Positions 1-13,339 of a stretch of 39,191 bases of DNA are shown piece by piece (position 1 is the stretch's first letter; each line of letters begins with the position of its first letter). Both the position numbers and the translations under genes were made by a program. Below the pieces are notes generated by a model, which was not told where the DNA came from, did not search any database, and worked only from the letters and a program-made list of their open reading frames with translations. This DNA is from Neoconidiobolus thromboides FSU 785 (taxonomy: Eukaryota; Fungi; Entomophthoromycota). The stretch lies in NCBI GenBank assembly GCA_025603075.1, contig MU626436.1, positions 1 to 39,191 of the forward strand, read 5' to 3'.

Positions 1-521
1 CTATCTTGAACTTTTAACCATTCTGTATTGAGTTCATTAAGTCTATTTTGATCAGCATTTAATAATTCAGTATAAGCAGTACTACAAGAAGCTAAAATAG
101 GATCAAAATCTTCTCTCTTTTGAACAGTTGAGATTTTAGCTTCCATATTACAACGTTGTACAATAGTTTGACCAGGTTTAGGTGGGTTAACACCACCATT
201 ACCATCAGTTGGATGGGTTAAGAAATAATTATCTTTATATTTAGCAAAGTTTTCCTTGATGGCAACAATTTCATTTTGTAAAGCGATAGCATTTTGTTGG
301 GATGGGTCTCTGTTTAAAAGGGTGCTGTAAGCATTATTACAATCATCCATGATGTTTGAGAAAGCTTGTTCAGTAGTAGCTTGAGGTAATCTTGATTCAT
401 ATTTACATTCAATAGCAATAGGACCAAATGCTCTTCTAGCTAAATGATTGTTGGAAGTAATAGCATAAGAATTAGTACTAGCAATAGCAAGTAAAGTGAG
501 GAAAGAGTAAGATAATTGCAT
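1..521 (-). CDS. Secreted protein with two internal C-x21-C repeats; 3' end runs off the window
   Basis: ATG at 521, open frame with no stop down to position 3. Translation begins MQLSYSFLTLLAIASTNSYAITSNNHLARRAFGP (hydrophobic signal-like N-terminus, dibasic RR). Repeats are CKYESRLPQATTEQAFSNIMDDCNNAYSTLLNRD and CNMEAKISTVQKREDFDPILASCSTAYTELLNAD. Absent from the ORF track, probably because it has no stop in the window. Confidence 0.8.
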   Translation of the reverse strand, partial: MQLSYSFLTLLAIASTNSYAITSNNHLARRAFGPIAIECKYESRLPQATTEQAFSNIMDDCNNAYSTLLNRDPSQQNAIALQNEIVAIKENFAKYKDNYFLTHPTDGNGGVNPPKPGQTIVQRCNMEAKISTVQKREDFDPILASCSTAYTELLNADQNRLNELNTEWLKVQD

Positions 522-1680
522 TATTATTATAATTGTTATTATTGATTTAAATTTGATATAAAATTATGTTATATTTCTTAAGGTATTTATATTATTTCTT
601 ATATTTGAGCTTTATAGAACAATATAACAAATATAACTAATATTATCATTTATTCTAGATGTTTTCTAATTTTAAATTGTAATCTTCCGCTATTTTTTTA
701 TTTTTGCGTAATAAATGTTATTTTTAGTAATGAAATTAATTTCTTAGAAATTATGTATATTTATTGATTGGTGGTGATAAAATGCTAAAAATAAACTTAA
801 AAATAAGACTCAAAGTATATTTAAAATTATACACAAATATTTAAAGTAATAGTAGATTAAATATTTATTTATAACATGATAATAATAGTCTTTAATTTTA
901 AATGATAAATGATATAATATTTACATAATTAATTTATTAATCTTATTATAGCTTAAATGTGACTTTGATAGTAATGTATTAAATTTTTATCTTTAATTAA
1001 TTTTTACCATCATTTTAATTTTATTGAAAAATAATATTATGTATTGTATTTAATTTCAGATGATTTAATAATTTGCTTCGAAAAAAAGTTAATGTTGCTA
1101 TTGTGATTTATTTAGTTATTATTACAGTTTCTAAAGCAACTTGTATTTAAATACAAACTACCTTACATTTACTATCACATATTTTATCTTAATATGCTTA
1201 AATATTAGTATTAAAAAATAAGGTTAACAAAAAATTGATTTGATACTTTAAAATAGTAATAAAAGGTCTTCAAAACAAATTTATACCTATTTGGTATTCG
1301 AAATTTAGTAGATAATGTAATTTTTTAATATTTTCGATCAAGTTTTAACACCATTTTGTTATTTCAAACACTGCCTCTTTACCACACATATTGATAATAA
1401 AAGCTGCAATAGTAGATTGGCTTTATTAATACTTATAAATGGTAATTCATGTTAGTATTATCTGAACTGCTTATAATAGTTTCATTTTAACTTAAGCTTA
1501 TAACTTTAAATAAAAGATATGTATAATTTTATCAAAATAATAGTTCACAGTAATAAAAAACATCCAAAACATTGCAATAAAAGTTAATTTAAAAAATAAC
1601 TATATACTATGTTTTTACAAATTATGTTATAATAAACCCTATTTGTAAATAGTAAGCAAAAATGTGTTTCAACAAATTAA

Positions 1681-1752
1681 AGGTCCCACCGAGAATCGAA
1701 CTCGGATTACAAGGATCAAAACCTTGGGTGCTAACCATTACACCATGGAACC
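1681..1752 (-). tRNA. tRNA-Gln (anticodon TTG), intronless
   Basis: Reverse complement GGTTCCATGGTGTAATGGTTAGCACCCAAGGTTTTGATCCTTGTAATCCGAGTTCGATTCTCGGTGGGACCT. It has an acceptor stem, the anticodon arm CAAGG-TTTTGAT-CCTTG and a T-loop GTTCGATTC. Confidence 0.97.
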
Positions 1753-2076
1753 CGATGTAACTGTCCATACTGGTTTTGAGAGTATATAAATCACAACTCT
1801 ATTAAGCATCTCAAGTATGTTTAAAATGACTTAGTGAGCTATGAATTTTAAAGTAGTATCAAAAGATAAATCAAGAGCATTTTTAATATTATTAATTTAA
1901 GGTTTGAATTATATGTTTGTCATTTTTTTCAAACATTATCCAGCTAAATTGTACCTTTGTTTTATTAATTGATGCTAAATAAAACATTTAGTAGGTTAAA
2001 TTCCAATTTTCTATTAACTAGGTTTAATATGTAAATTATTTATACTTCAAATAGTACTATTTGAAAAAATGATTAA

Positions 2077-2184
2077 TATATGGGGGGGTGTTTTTATGTT
2101 TGAGAATTTTACTAACAATCTCTCGACTCAAATAGCACTTAAAAAATGGAAAAAACAATGAAACCAAAAAAAACACTCCTATAT
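2077..2184 (+). mobile_element. MITE-like TIR element, copy 1
   Basis: Ends TATATGGGGGGGTGTTTTT and AAAAAAACACTCCTATATA are imperfect inverted repeats. The internal core AGAATTTTACTAACAA...CTCAAATAGCACTTAAAAAATGGAAAAA is shared with five other full copies. Confidence 0.75.
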
Positions 2185-2339
2185 AGATTTATAGCTAATG
2201 GCGAAATAGTAAAAAGTATTTTTTGATAGATAAAACATATCAATTCTCTTCATTTATCAACTATTTGTATTAACGCGAATGCTAAAAATCAATGAAAAAT
2301 TAGAATAAAAAATCATTTTATAAAAATCAATTGTTAATT

Positions 2340-4498
<2,159 letters not shown>

Positions 4499-4740
4499 TT
4501 TATTATTATATTAATAGTTTAAAAAACTTTTAGTTTGATTTTTGACTATTTTAAATCCATTTTATTTTCACTTTTAGTCGATTAAACTAAAGTCCACGAG
4601 ATCCAATTTAATTGGCTACGTTTTATATTCGAAAATTTTTAGGTTTATTTAATAAGCTATGGAACAATAAATTCTATTTTAGAATAACAAAAATAAAACA
4701 CATAATACTAATATCATAATTAAAAGCTAAATATTAAACT

Positions 4741-5398
4741 TTATTTTGTACGTTTATAAATCTTATTTAAGAAAGTAGAAAATATTTCTGGTTTTAAGTT
4801 TGATTCACTTATAGCATCGATCTTCATAATTAATTCCTCATAAATATTTTGTTCATAAGTTAAATACTCATTTTCTAAATCTAATTCTTTATAAATTCCT
4901 TTAACAATAGTTGCTTTAGCATCATCTTTTTGACCATAGTTTTCCTATTAATATTTGTTTAAAATTCAATTATTTAATTACTATTACAAATAGCTTACAT
5001 GTAGTACTTTCTTTTGTTCTTCATTAGCTTTTAATAGTGCTTTACCAATTAACCAACTACATTTGTTATCTTGAATATCGGTACCGATTTTACCAATAAA
5101 TTCTGGATCTCCATAACAATCTAAATAATCGTCCTAAATTAAAAAATAACAAATAAATAAAATAATATTAATATTAATAGTAACTTACTTGAATTTGGAA
5201 ATATTCACCAATAGGTATTAAAATATCTTTAGCAATTTTATGACTTTCTTCATCTTTAATCCCTTTCTATCATAATATTTTGTGTCAATATCATATAATG
5301 TCAATAAAAATAATCCATTTACCATATAAAGAGCTAAAGCAACTGGCAAATAGAATGAGTAAAAAGCAGTCTTATATTTAGAAATAAAATGTTGTCTA

Positions 5399-5430
<32 letters not shown>

Positions 5431-6058
5431 AAAGTATAACTCTATAAATATAATAAATAACCACTTACTTTTCAACACTAAACCTGTTTAGATCGACATC
5501 GTCTTCAGGAGCAGTAAGTAAATCGACTAACTGACCTAATTCCGTTTGCCAAGAAACCTAAGTTAAAAAATTAAAGGCTAATAAAATAATTATATCATAG
5601 AAATTTACTTGATGAAAAGCTTCTAATAATTCGACATAATAATCTTCCGTCTTGAAATATTTCTTCAAAAATACATAGATACAAGATTCCAAAATAAAGG
5701 CATCATTAACAGCAATAGTATTAACACCAGGCATTCTATACCAACATGGATTTCCACGACGAGTGATAGAGGAATCCATTAAATCATCAGCAACTAAAAA
5801 GAAAGCTTGTAAAAATTCAACACACCATCCCAATACAATGGCTTGTTCAATTTCTTTCTCGGTGTTATTGGAAGAGATAATTTTAAGTGTATCAACAACG
5901 GAGAGACCACGGTTGAGTTTACCACCGGGTACATTATGGTATAACATTTTTTTAACCCATTCAACACTCTCTTCGTTCATCCCAGTCGTTTTGACTTCGG
6001 AGATAATGTCTTCAGCTAATCGATCAAAATGGTCAATAAATTGTTGCTTGCTACTCAT
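4741..6058 (-). CDS. ERG20: Farnesyl pyrophosphate synthase (spliced)
   Basis: Exon 1 contains GGKLNRG and the first Asp-rich motif [17 protein letters not shown]. Later exons give [17 protein letters not shown] and [28 protein letters not shown], ending NKIYKRTK* at 4741. Confidence 0.97.
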
Positions 6059-6380
6059 TTTTTGTAGTTAATAAAATTCAAACTAAAAATGAACTTTAAA
6101 AATGAACTTTGAGTTTTATAACTGGGAGTTATCGAACCATTTTGAATTTTACTAAATTTGGGATTTTTTATCCCTCTTTTTTTGAAATTCACACTTTTAT
6201 TTGCTCAAATTATAAAATAGGATGAGTTGAATTTCTTCTGATGACTTGGTGTGATATAATTTATCAGTTTATAATATTTTTTTAAATAATAATTTAAAAA
6301 GTTGACTATAAAACTCTCAATGAAGATTCTTAAATATAGAAGAATAAAAAAGTCATCCAAAAGGGATGATGAGCAATATA

Positions 6381-6463
6381 TGATCAGGATGGGATTCGAA
6401 CCCACGCCTCCGAAGAGACCGCGGCCTTAACACGGCGCCTTAGACCAACTCGGCCACCTGATC
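6381..6463 (-). tRNA. tRNA-Leu (anticodon AAG), long variable arm, intronless
   Basis: Reverse complement GATCAGGTGGCCGAGTTGGTCTAAGGCGCCGTGTTAAGGCCGCGGTCTCTTCGGAGGCGTGGGTTCGAATCCCATCCTGATCA. Acceptor stem GATCAGG/CCTGATC; anticodon loop TTAAGGC. Confidence 0.97.
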
Positions 6464-6849
6464 TTTGCTTAGATTTATAAATTTATCAATGTACTATTTT
6501 TTATTTATTAATAAAATTTTAGGTAAAATAGGGAATGAAACTAAATAGATTTAAAATTGTACTGAATTTTCAAAGTGAAATTTTCAAGCTTATTTATAGA
6601 CTGTTATTTTTTTAATAAAGTAACTATCTATATTTGTTAAGTAATTTTTTAATATATATATTTATCAAATTAAATTATTAAACCTATACTATTAAAATGT
6701 CCCCTTTATTATTTATCATTGGGTTTAATCTTAATTTTCAAATATCAATTTTAAAAAAAAATCCCATATCTGTTTTGAAACTCAAATTTTAACGTCATTT
6801 AATTATTTTCTAAATAATTCTCTTTCAATCAAAAGAATATATCTAAAAA

Positions 6850-8166
6850 ATGAGTCAAGCAAGCAAAGTATTTATGCAAATTGCTATCAATGGAAAGAAA
6901 GGTAATAATTTAGTTATCAATAATCAAATATATTCTAGTTTATTTTTTTTATTACTACAATTTATTTACTCATTCTTTCTCTCTTTATATAAAGCTGGCA
7001 AATTAACTTTTAAATTATTTTCGGATGTACCAAAAACTAGTGAAAATTTCAAAGCTTTATGGTAAAATTTTAACATTGACTAAATTTTATTTCCTTATGA
7101 TAATCAATAAATTCATAATAGTACTGGTGAAAAGGGACGTTGCTCAAGAACCAATTATGATTTAACTTTTAAAGGTTCTGTATTGTAAGTTTTAAAACTT
7201 TTACTTTTTGTTATCCTTTAATTTTGATTTTTTTTCTTATAGTCATCGTGTTATCCCTGGTTTTATATCCTTTTTTTATTATTTTATTAGATTATTTTAT
7301 ATATTATTGACTTTAACTTTATTTTTTTATTTAATTTTAATAATATTACATGGCTCAAGGTAGGTTTTATAATAATGTAATAATATTTCTTTTTTTTCTA
7401 ATAGTATTTTATTTTATTTAGGTGGTGGTAAGTAACAATATATTAATTACAACTTAAGATAGTAGTAAACTTTAATTCAAAGACTTCACTCGTGGTAATG
7501 GTACTGGTGGTTTATCTATTTATGGCGAAAAATTTAAGGAGTAAGTTTTATTAGTTAATATTTTATTAGTGTATATTAAATTTACTTTTATTACTTTTAT
7601 TACTTTTATTTAGTGAAAATTTCATTCACAACCATAGCAAAAGAGTAAATTAAGAATATATTATGTTAATAGAATATTAGAATTTCGAACTTTCTATTAG
7701 GGTTTATTAAGTATGGCTAATGCTGGACCTGTAAGTCAATACAATTTTAAATAATATTCGTTAATAATTTTATTAATTTCCAATTAGAATACTAATGGTT
7801 CTCAATTCTTTATTTTATTTAAAGATGCTCCATGGTAATTAATAATAACATTCTATTATAATAGAATATTAATTAAATTCATCAAAAACAAAAATAGGTT
7901 AGATGGTCGTCATGTTGGTAAATAGCTAATTAGAATAAGAATAGAATTAATATATATTTAATAATTATTTTATTAGTATTTGGAGAATTAGAATCCGGTT
8001 TTGAAACTTTAGATGAAATTGAGAAATTAGGTAGTAACAGTGGTACTACTAAAGTAAGTTGTTAAAATAGAACTTCATATAAAATCAATTAAAATTAACT
8101 TTTATTTTATTAAATAAATAGGCTACTATTAAAATTGAAGAATGTGGGGAAGTTAAAGAAGAATAA
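6850..8166 (+). CDS. Single-domain cyclophilin (peptidyl-prolyl isomerase) of the divergent-loop type; 13 exons
   Basis: Spliced product [175 protein letters not shown]. This requires 11 GT-AG introns plus one AT-AC intron. Confidence 0.96.
7265..7349 (+). other. U12-type (minor spliceosome) AT-AC intron, 85 nt, phase 0
   Basis: The 5' end is ATATCCTTTT (U12 donor consensus RTATCCTTT), there is a branch-like CTTTAAC at 7311-7317, and the 3' end is ...ATATTAC. Removal joins CCT GGT TTT to ATG GCT CAA and restores [13 protein letters not shown]. Confidence 0.9.
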
Positions 8167-8208
8167 ATTTTATTCTTTATAATGACAATATAAAATAGCA
8201 AGGTTTTT

Positions 8209-8812
8209 TTATTTAATTAAAAAATAAACTTGAATTTGATTACTTAGTTTATAATATTCATTCTTGATTTTTCGAATTAAATAACATTCAACAAAATAAG
8301 CAGCTGAATAGAAAATAGAAAATTATTAATAAATATTATAACTTATTAAAATAGAAATAAAAGAATCTTACTATTTTGAGGGATTAATTCAATATTAATT
8401 GTAGTATCAAATTCAAAATAATAGTTATCACACCAAATAATATCTTTCTTATTTAAATTATAAACTATTTGTCTTTCATCTGGATATTTTATCTAAAAAA
8501 TAAAAAATAAAATAATATTAATATTAATATTAATATTAATATCCTATTTTTTTGTTAATAATTTAATATAATTATTATATTACCATAACTTTTAGTTCTT
8601 CAAAATTTATTAAATTTATTACATTTCCACTCAATTTTAAATTAAATTTGGATATCAAATTTGATACTATAATTGGGTTTAATTTATTTGGTATTGGTTC
8701 AATTATTAATTCAGATTGAACTTGATATATATTTAATAAATTAAATGGAGGTAATTGAAATTTAATATACTATAATAAATAAAAATAAATTAATATTAAT
8801 ATTTTATATTTA

Positions 8813-8879
<67 letters not shown>

Positions 8880-11800
8880 AAATAGCTTACTTGAATAGAT
8901 TGTATAAATTCATTTTTTATATTATTAAAATAATTTATAAGATTAAAATTATTGTTAATCTTTTCTTTACATTCCTTTAATTGTGTTGTTACCCATTCCA
9001 TCCATTTTTCAATTTCAAAACTAATATTATAATTTAATAATTATAATTTAATAATTACAGGGTTGAAGTTTACCTTTTAAGTTCTTCCAATTTGTTAATT
9101 AAATTATTAATTAATGTTTCTAAATCAATACATTCCGATTCCTCATTATCACTAAAAAAACATTCATTAATTAATATTAAATATAAAAATTGTAACTTAA
9201 TTTTCAAAATAATTACTTACTCAACAATACATTTTAAAATGTTATTAATTCCTTCATTATAACTTGAAAATCTCATATTATTTCCATTTAAGGCATAAAT
9301 CAAATTTAAATATTGTATTAGAAATTTGAACTTTTTAAAGAATAGACTAAAATTAGCAGAGATACCGTTAAATCCTAAGTATAATTCACTATAAATTTGT
9401 TGTAATTCAATATCAATTCTTTTTGTTATTCCAAAACTTAAGATCATATTACTATTGAATTGGGGGTCTTGGATCTATTATTGATAATAAGTTAATTATA
9501 TCATATTATATTATTCTTATAATAAATAACAAATTACTTTAATAAATAAGAATAATAAGTCAATTAATTTTAATAAAAAAGCAACACCATGTAATTGAGT
9601 TACGCTTTGATTGATTTCCAATAATTCTCTAATTAAAAAAATAAACATTGGGTATAAAATAAACATTTGAGTAAACATTTACTTACTTTTGTATAGAATA
9701 AATTTTAGGTATTAAATTCTCTTCCTTTTTTTGAAAACATTCTAAAAACAATTGAACAATTTGTTGATGTTGTTTTTTTAATGGGGAACTTAAGATTTCT
9801 AAACAAAAAAAAATAAAAAACATTGATATAATATTTATAATCAATTTTCTTACCCCTTTGATTTTTAAATTTATTATTATTATTATTATTATATTCCAAA
9901 TACTTATACTAGATAGAAAATAGATATTAATAAACTCATACAATACTCTTTTAAGTAAGTAATTCACTTACTTCCAAAATCAAATTTTTAGCATCTAATA
10001 ATGTTGGATAATCAACTTTAATAATATTAAAATGATTTGTAAAATAATATGGAAAATATGTTTTAAGTTGTTCATTTTTAAATGAAGCATTTAAAATCAT
10101 TAAAAAATCGGCTATATCTATTAATATAGTATAATGTTAGTATAATATTAATATTAATGTTATTATTATTAATATCATTATTATTATAACTTACATGTTT
10201 CACTACCAATGTATTTTTCTTCTACCATATAATGATTACTCCAATCAAATAAAGAATTAAAATAAGATTGATCTAAATAAACATAAAAAACAAATTATTT
10301 ATTAATTTTAGAATTCTTTCCAAAATAAGGATATTAAGACTTACCAAAATAATTAGCATGATTTAATCCTAATCCACGAAAACAAGTATAAATTGAAAAT
10401 TTATCTTTTGGATATTGTGTTAAATTATTAAACAGTTTACTTCTTATTAAACTTAGGTTTTGAAATTCGTTTAGTTTAATCGCTCTAAATTTAAAATAAA
10501 TAAATAAAAATATTATTAATATAATACTAAGTTACTTACCCCAACGTTCTATGAGCATGAAACCTTATTTCATAATCATTATCTTTTAGTAATACTAAGA
10601 TATCATTTACTTGTTCTTCATTAACTTTTAATTCCATTTTATTTGCTATTTTATATAAACTTAATATTGCATTAAATCTCAATCGATCAATTTCATCATT
10701 TAAAGCATCTAAAGTATTAATTGTATTAGTTAATAATGATAATAATAATATTATTATGTTATATATATTAAATAATTTCCTTACCAATTAAAAAATCCAT
10801 AGCATTTTCAGCAAATGTTGGTACTTTTAAACTTAAAAAACATAAAGAATCTAAAAATAGAATATTATAATTAATTGTTTTCTTAATAAATTAAATTAAA
10901 TTAAATTAAATCGTATAAATAAATTATTACCAATGGCAGCTTCTCTAACTTCTTCAAATTCATCTTCTAAACCATGAATAAAAGCACCAAATTCTTTCGA
11001 TTTTAATACGGATAAAGACACCTCTTCCTTATCTAAATCAATTTCTCCTTCAGCATCAATTTCTTTCTATAAGTTTATTATTATCATTATTATTGATTAT
11101 TATAGTTTATTATTAATTGATTTTACCGTAACAGTATTAGGAACTTGTGCAGCCTTTGTCTTAAATAGCAAAATTATTAGAAATAAAAATAAAAATAAAT
11201 AACTATTTAAGTTTTTACTCCATTAAAATCCATAAATGATTTTGGCTTATACTAAAAACAAATAAAAGTAAAGTTAAATTTCTATTTAAAAAGACAGTCG
11301 ATTGTTATTAATTTACCTGACTGTTATTAGGTTTTTGAATCGATTTAATTAATGTAGAATTTAATATAGTTATACTTAATTCTTGAAATATAGCAAAACA
11401 TTCAAATACCTAATTTGATTTAAAATTATAAATTAGTTTGAAGAAAAACATTAAGAGTAACACAGTTTAAAAATAGCTTACTTTAACTCTCACTTGAATC
11501 GAATTATCCAATACTCTTTGACATAATAATCTAAAAGCAATTACACAAAACTTTTCTTTTTGTTCATTTAATGTCATTATAATATTATAGTTATCAATTG
11601 TTAAACATCTAAATGATATTAAAAATCATTTGTTAATAACCATAACAAAACGTATATAAAATAACTACAAAATAGTAGCAATAGTTAATACTTACTTTAA
11701 CAAACAAACGGCTTGTAATCGAACTTCTTCATAATCATCTTCTAAACATTGAATAATATTGTTAACTTTTTCAAGCGGTATTGATTCATATTCATAACTT

Positions 11801-12464
11801 TGAATTAAACTTTGTAATACTTTCTAAACATAAAATAATGTTAATTTTAAATCCTCTTTAAATTATTTAAAAAAAGCTAATAATCTATAACCTACAGTTC
11901 TAACCCTTGGATCGATATCTATTAATTGGTTAAGAAATAATTGTTGAAATTGATCTAATTTATCATATTCTTCTCCTCCATTTAACTCCTGCATTAACCT
12001 TCTTTTTTTACTTATTCCTTTCTTTAATTTGATATTTTCAATCCAAAGATAAGTTAACAACTCTAAAGCTTCTAATCTTAACTTAAAATTGGTTTGTTTT
12101 AATTCGTTTAATAACAAAGATAGTAAAGGTAACCAAATGGATAACTCCAAATCAGGGTAGATTTGACTAATTTTTTTTAAAAGATGATAATAGTCGAGTT
12201 TAAGTTCATCACTAGGTTGAGAAAATTGAAGCTTTGTTTTTTTAATAAATTAGTATTAGTTTTTTTATTAAGATTTAAAAGAGAGATTGTAAATTTACTT
12301 TTTCTATTATCTTCGGTATTAATAAGGCACAATTAATAGTTACTAATAAAGTTTCCACTCGATTATTACAATTTAATAAAGTTTCCTAATGATAAAAATT
12401 ATATTTTATTATTATTATTTATTTGTTTATTATTATTATTATTTACTAATTGAAATTCATCCAT
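8209..12464 (-). CDS. INTS4: Integrator complex subunit 4 (HEAT-repeat), multi-exon
   Basis: Spliced segments CLEDDYEEVRLQAV, FGAFIHGLEDEFEEVREAAIDSLCFLSLKVPTFAENAMDFLIDALNDEIDRLRFNAI, NNLTQYPKDKFSIYTCFRGLG, YIADFLMILNA and C-terminal IKYPDERQIV...LSNQIQVYF match metazoan INTS4 as I recall it (AFVHGLEDEMYEVR...DFLVDMFNDEIEEVR). The start codon is inferred. Confidence 0.85.
8814..8878. repeat. (ATT)n microsatellite, ~21 units, in an INTS4 intron
   Basis: Perfect trinucleotide run. It explains the poly-Ile tail of the ORF at 8810..9001. Confidence 0.95.
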
Positions 12465-12620
12465 ATTTTTTTATGAAAATTATAATAACGTAATTAAAAA
12501 AATTAAGAATAAATCTAAAATTCAATTTTATAATTTTAAATCTTTAAAGAAACTTAAAAGCTAAAAAATTAAAACAAACTTTGAATTTGAACTTTTAAAT
12601 AAATTAATAAAAAGTAAAAG

Positions 12621-13000
12621 ATGGAAGCTCAAGGAAGAAACCCCACCGATTTTATATCAAATTTGATTGGTAAACCAGTGATGGTAAAATTAAACTCAGG
12701 GATTGAATATCGTGGTAAGTTATTTATTAACAAAACATAGAAAAACAAGCAAACAAACGAATCAATAAAAATGATGATTACTAACATTTTCTTCCAAATA
12801 GGAATATTAGCTTGTTTAGATGGTTATATGAATATAGCTTTAGAACAAACAAAGGAATTAGTTAATGGTAAAATTAAAAATGATTATGGGGATGCTTTTA
12901 TACGTGGGAATAATGGTAATTAATTTTAATGATGAATTTAAATAATGATCAAAGTTGATTTATTAATCTATTTTTAGTTCTTTATATTTCAGCTAAATAA
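12621..13000 (+). CDS. LSM6: Sm-like protein LSm6; 3 exons
   Basis: Spliced product MEAQGRNPTDFISNLIGKPVMVKLNSGIEYRGILACLDGYMNIALEQTKELVNGKIKNDYGDAFIRGNNVLYISAK*, with Sm1/Sm2 motifs typical of LSm6. Confidence 0.96.
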
Positions 13001-13339
13001 AAATTGGTACTTTATAGTATATATAAGATTTTGGTTTTATGAGTGGCAAGTCTAAATGGAATATTAAAGAAATTTCCATGTTTTAAAGTAGCATTTTTAA
13101 AATTAATTGATATTTCATCCTATTTTTGATATAAAAATAACAATATTAAGTGAAGCTATTGTTTATCAAATACAATACTATTTTATTAGTTTTTTATCAT
13201 TTATTATATACAAATTCAATAATTAGTATTTGATTAAAGCCTTTTTTATTTTATTTCTATTTCTAATTTTTGCAATAAAAACCAATCTTTTTTCAACAAA
13301 AATTGATTCACTTTTTCTCTTTTTCAACAAAAAAATAAG

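Noticed and set aside
7062-7242. TTCCTTATG and TCCTTTAAT motifs in cyclophilin introns 2 and 3, possible relics of U12-to-U2 conversion
   Set aside because: The donors are ordinary U2-type (GTAAAA, GTAAGT) and such pyrimidine-rich motifs are common. This cannot be supported without ortholog comparison.
10327-10334. ATATCCTT on the minus strand in INTS4
   Set aside because: It lies inside an intron that begins at a normal GTAAGT donor just upstream, and that donor keeps the reading frame.
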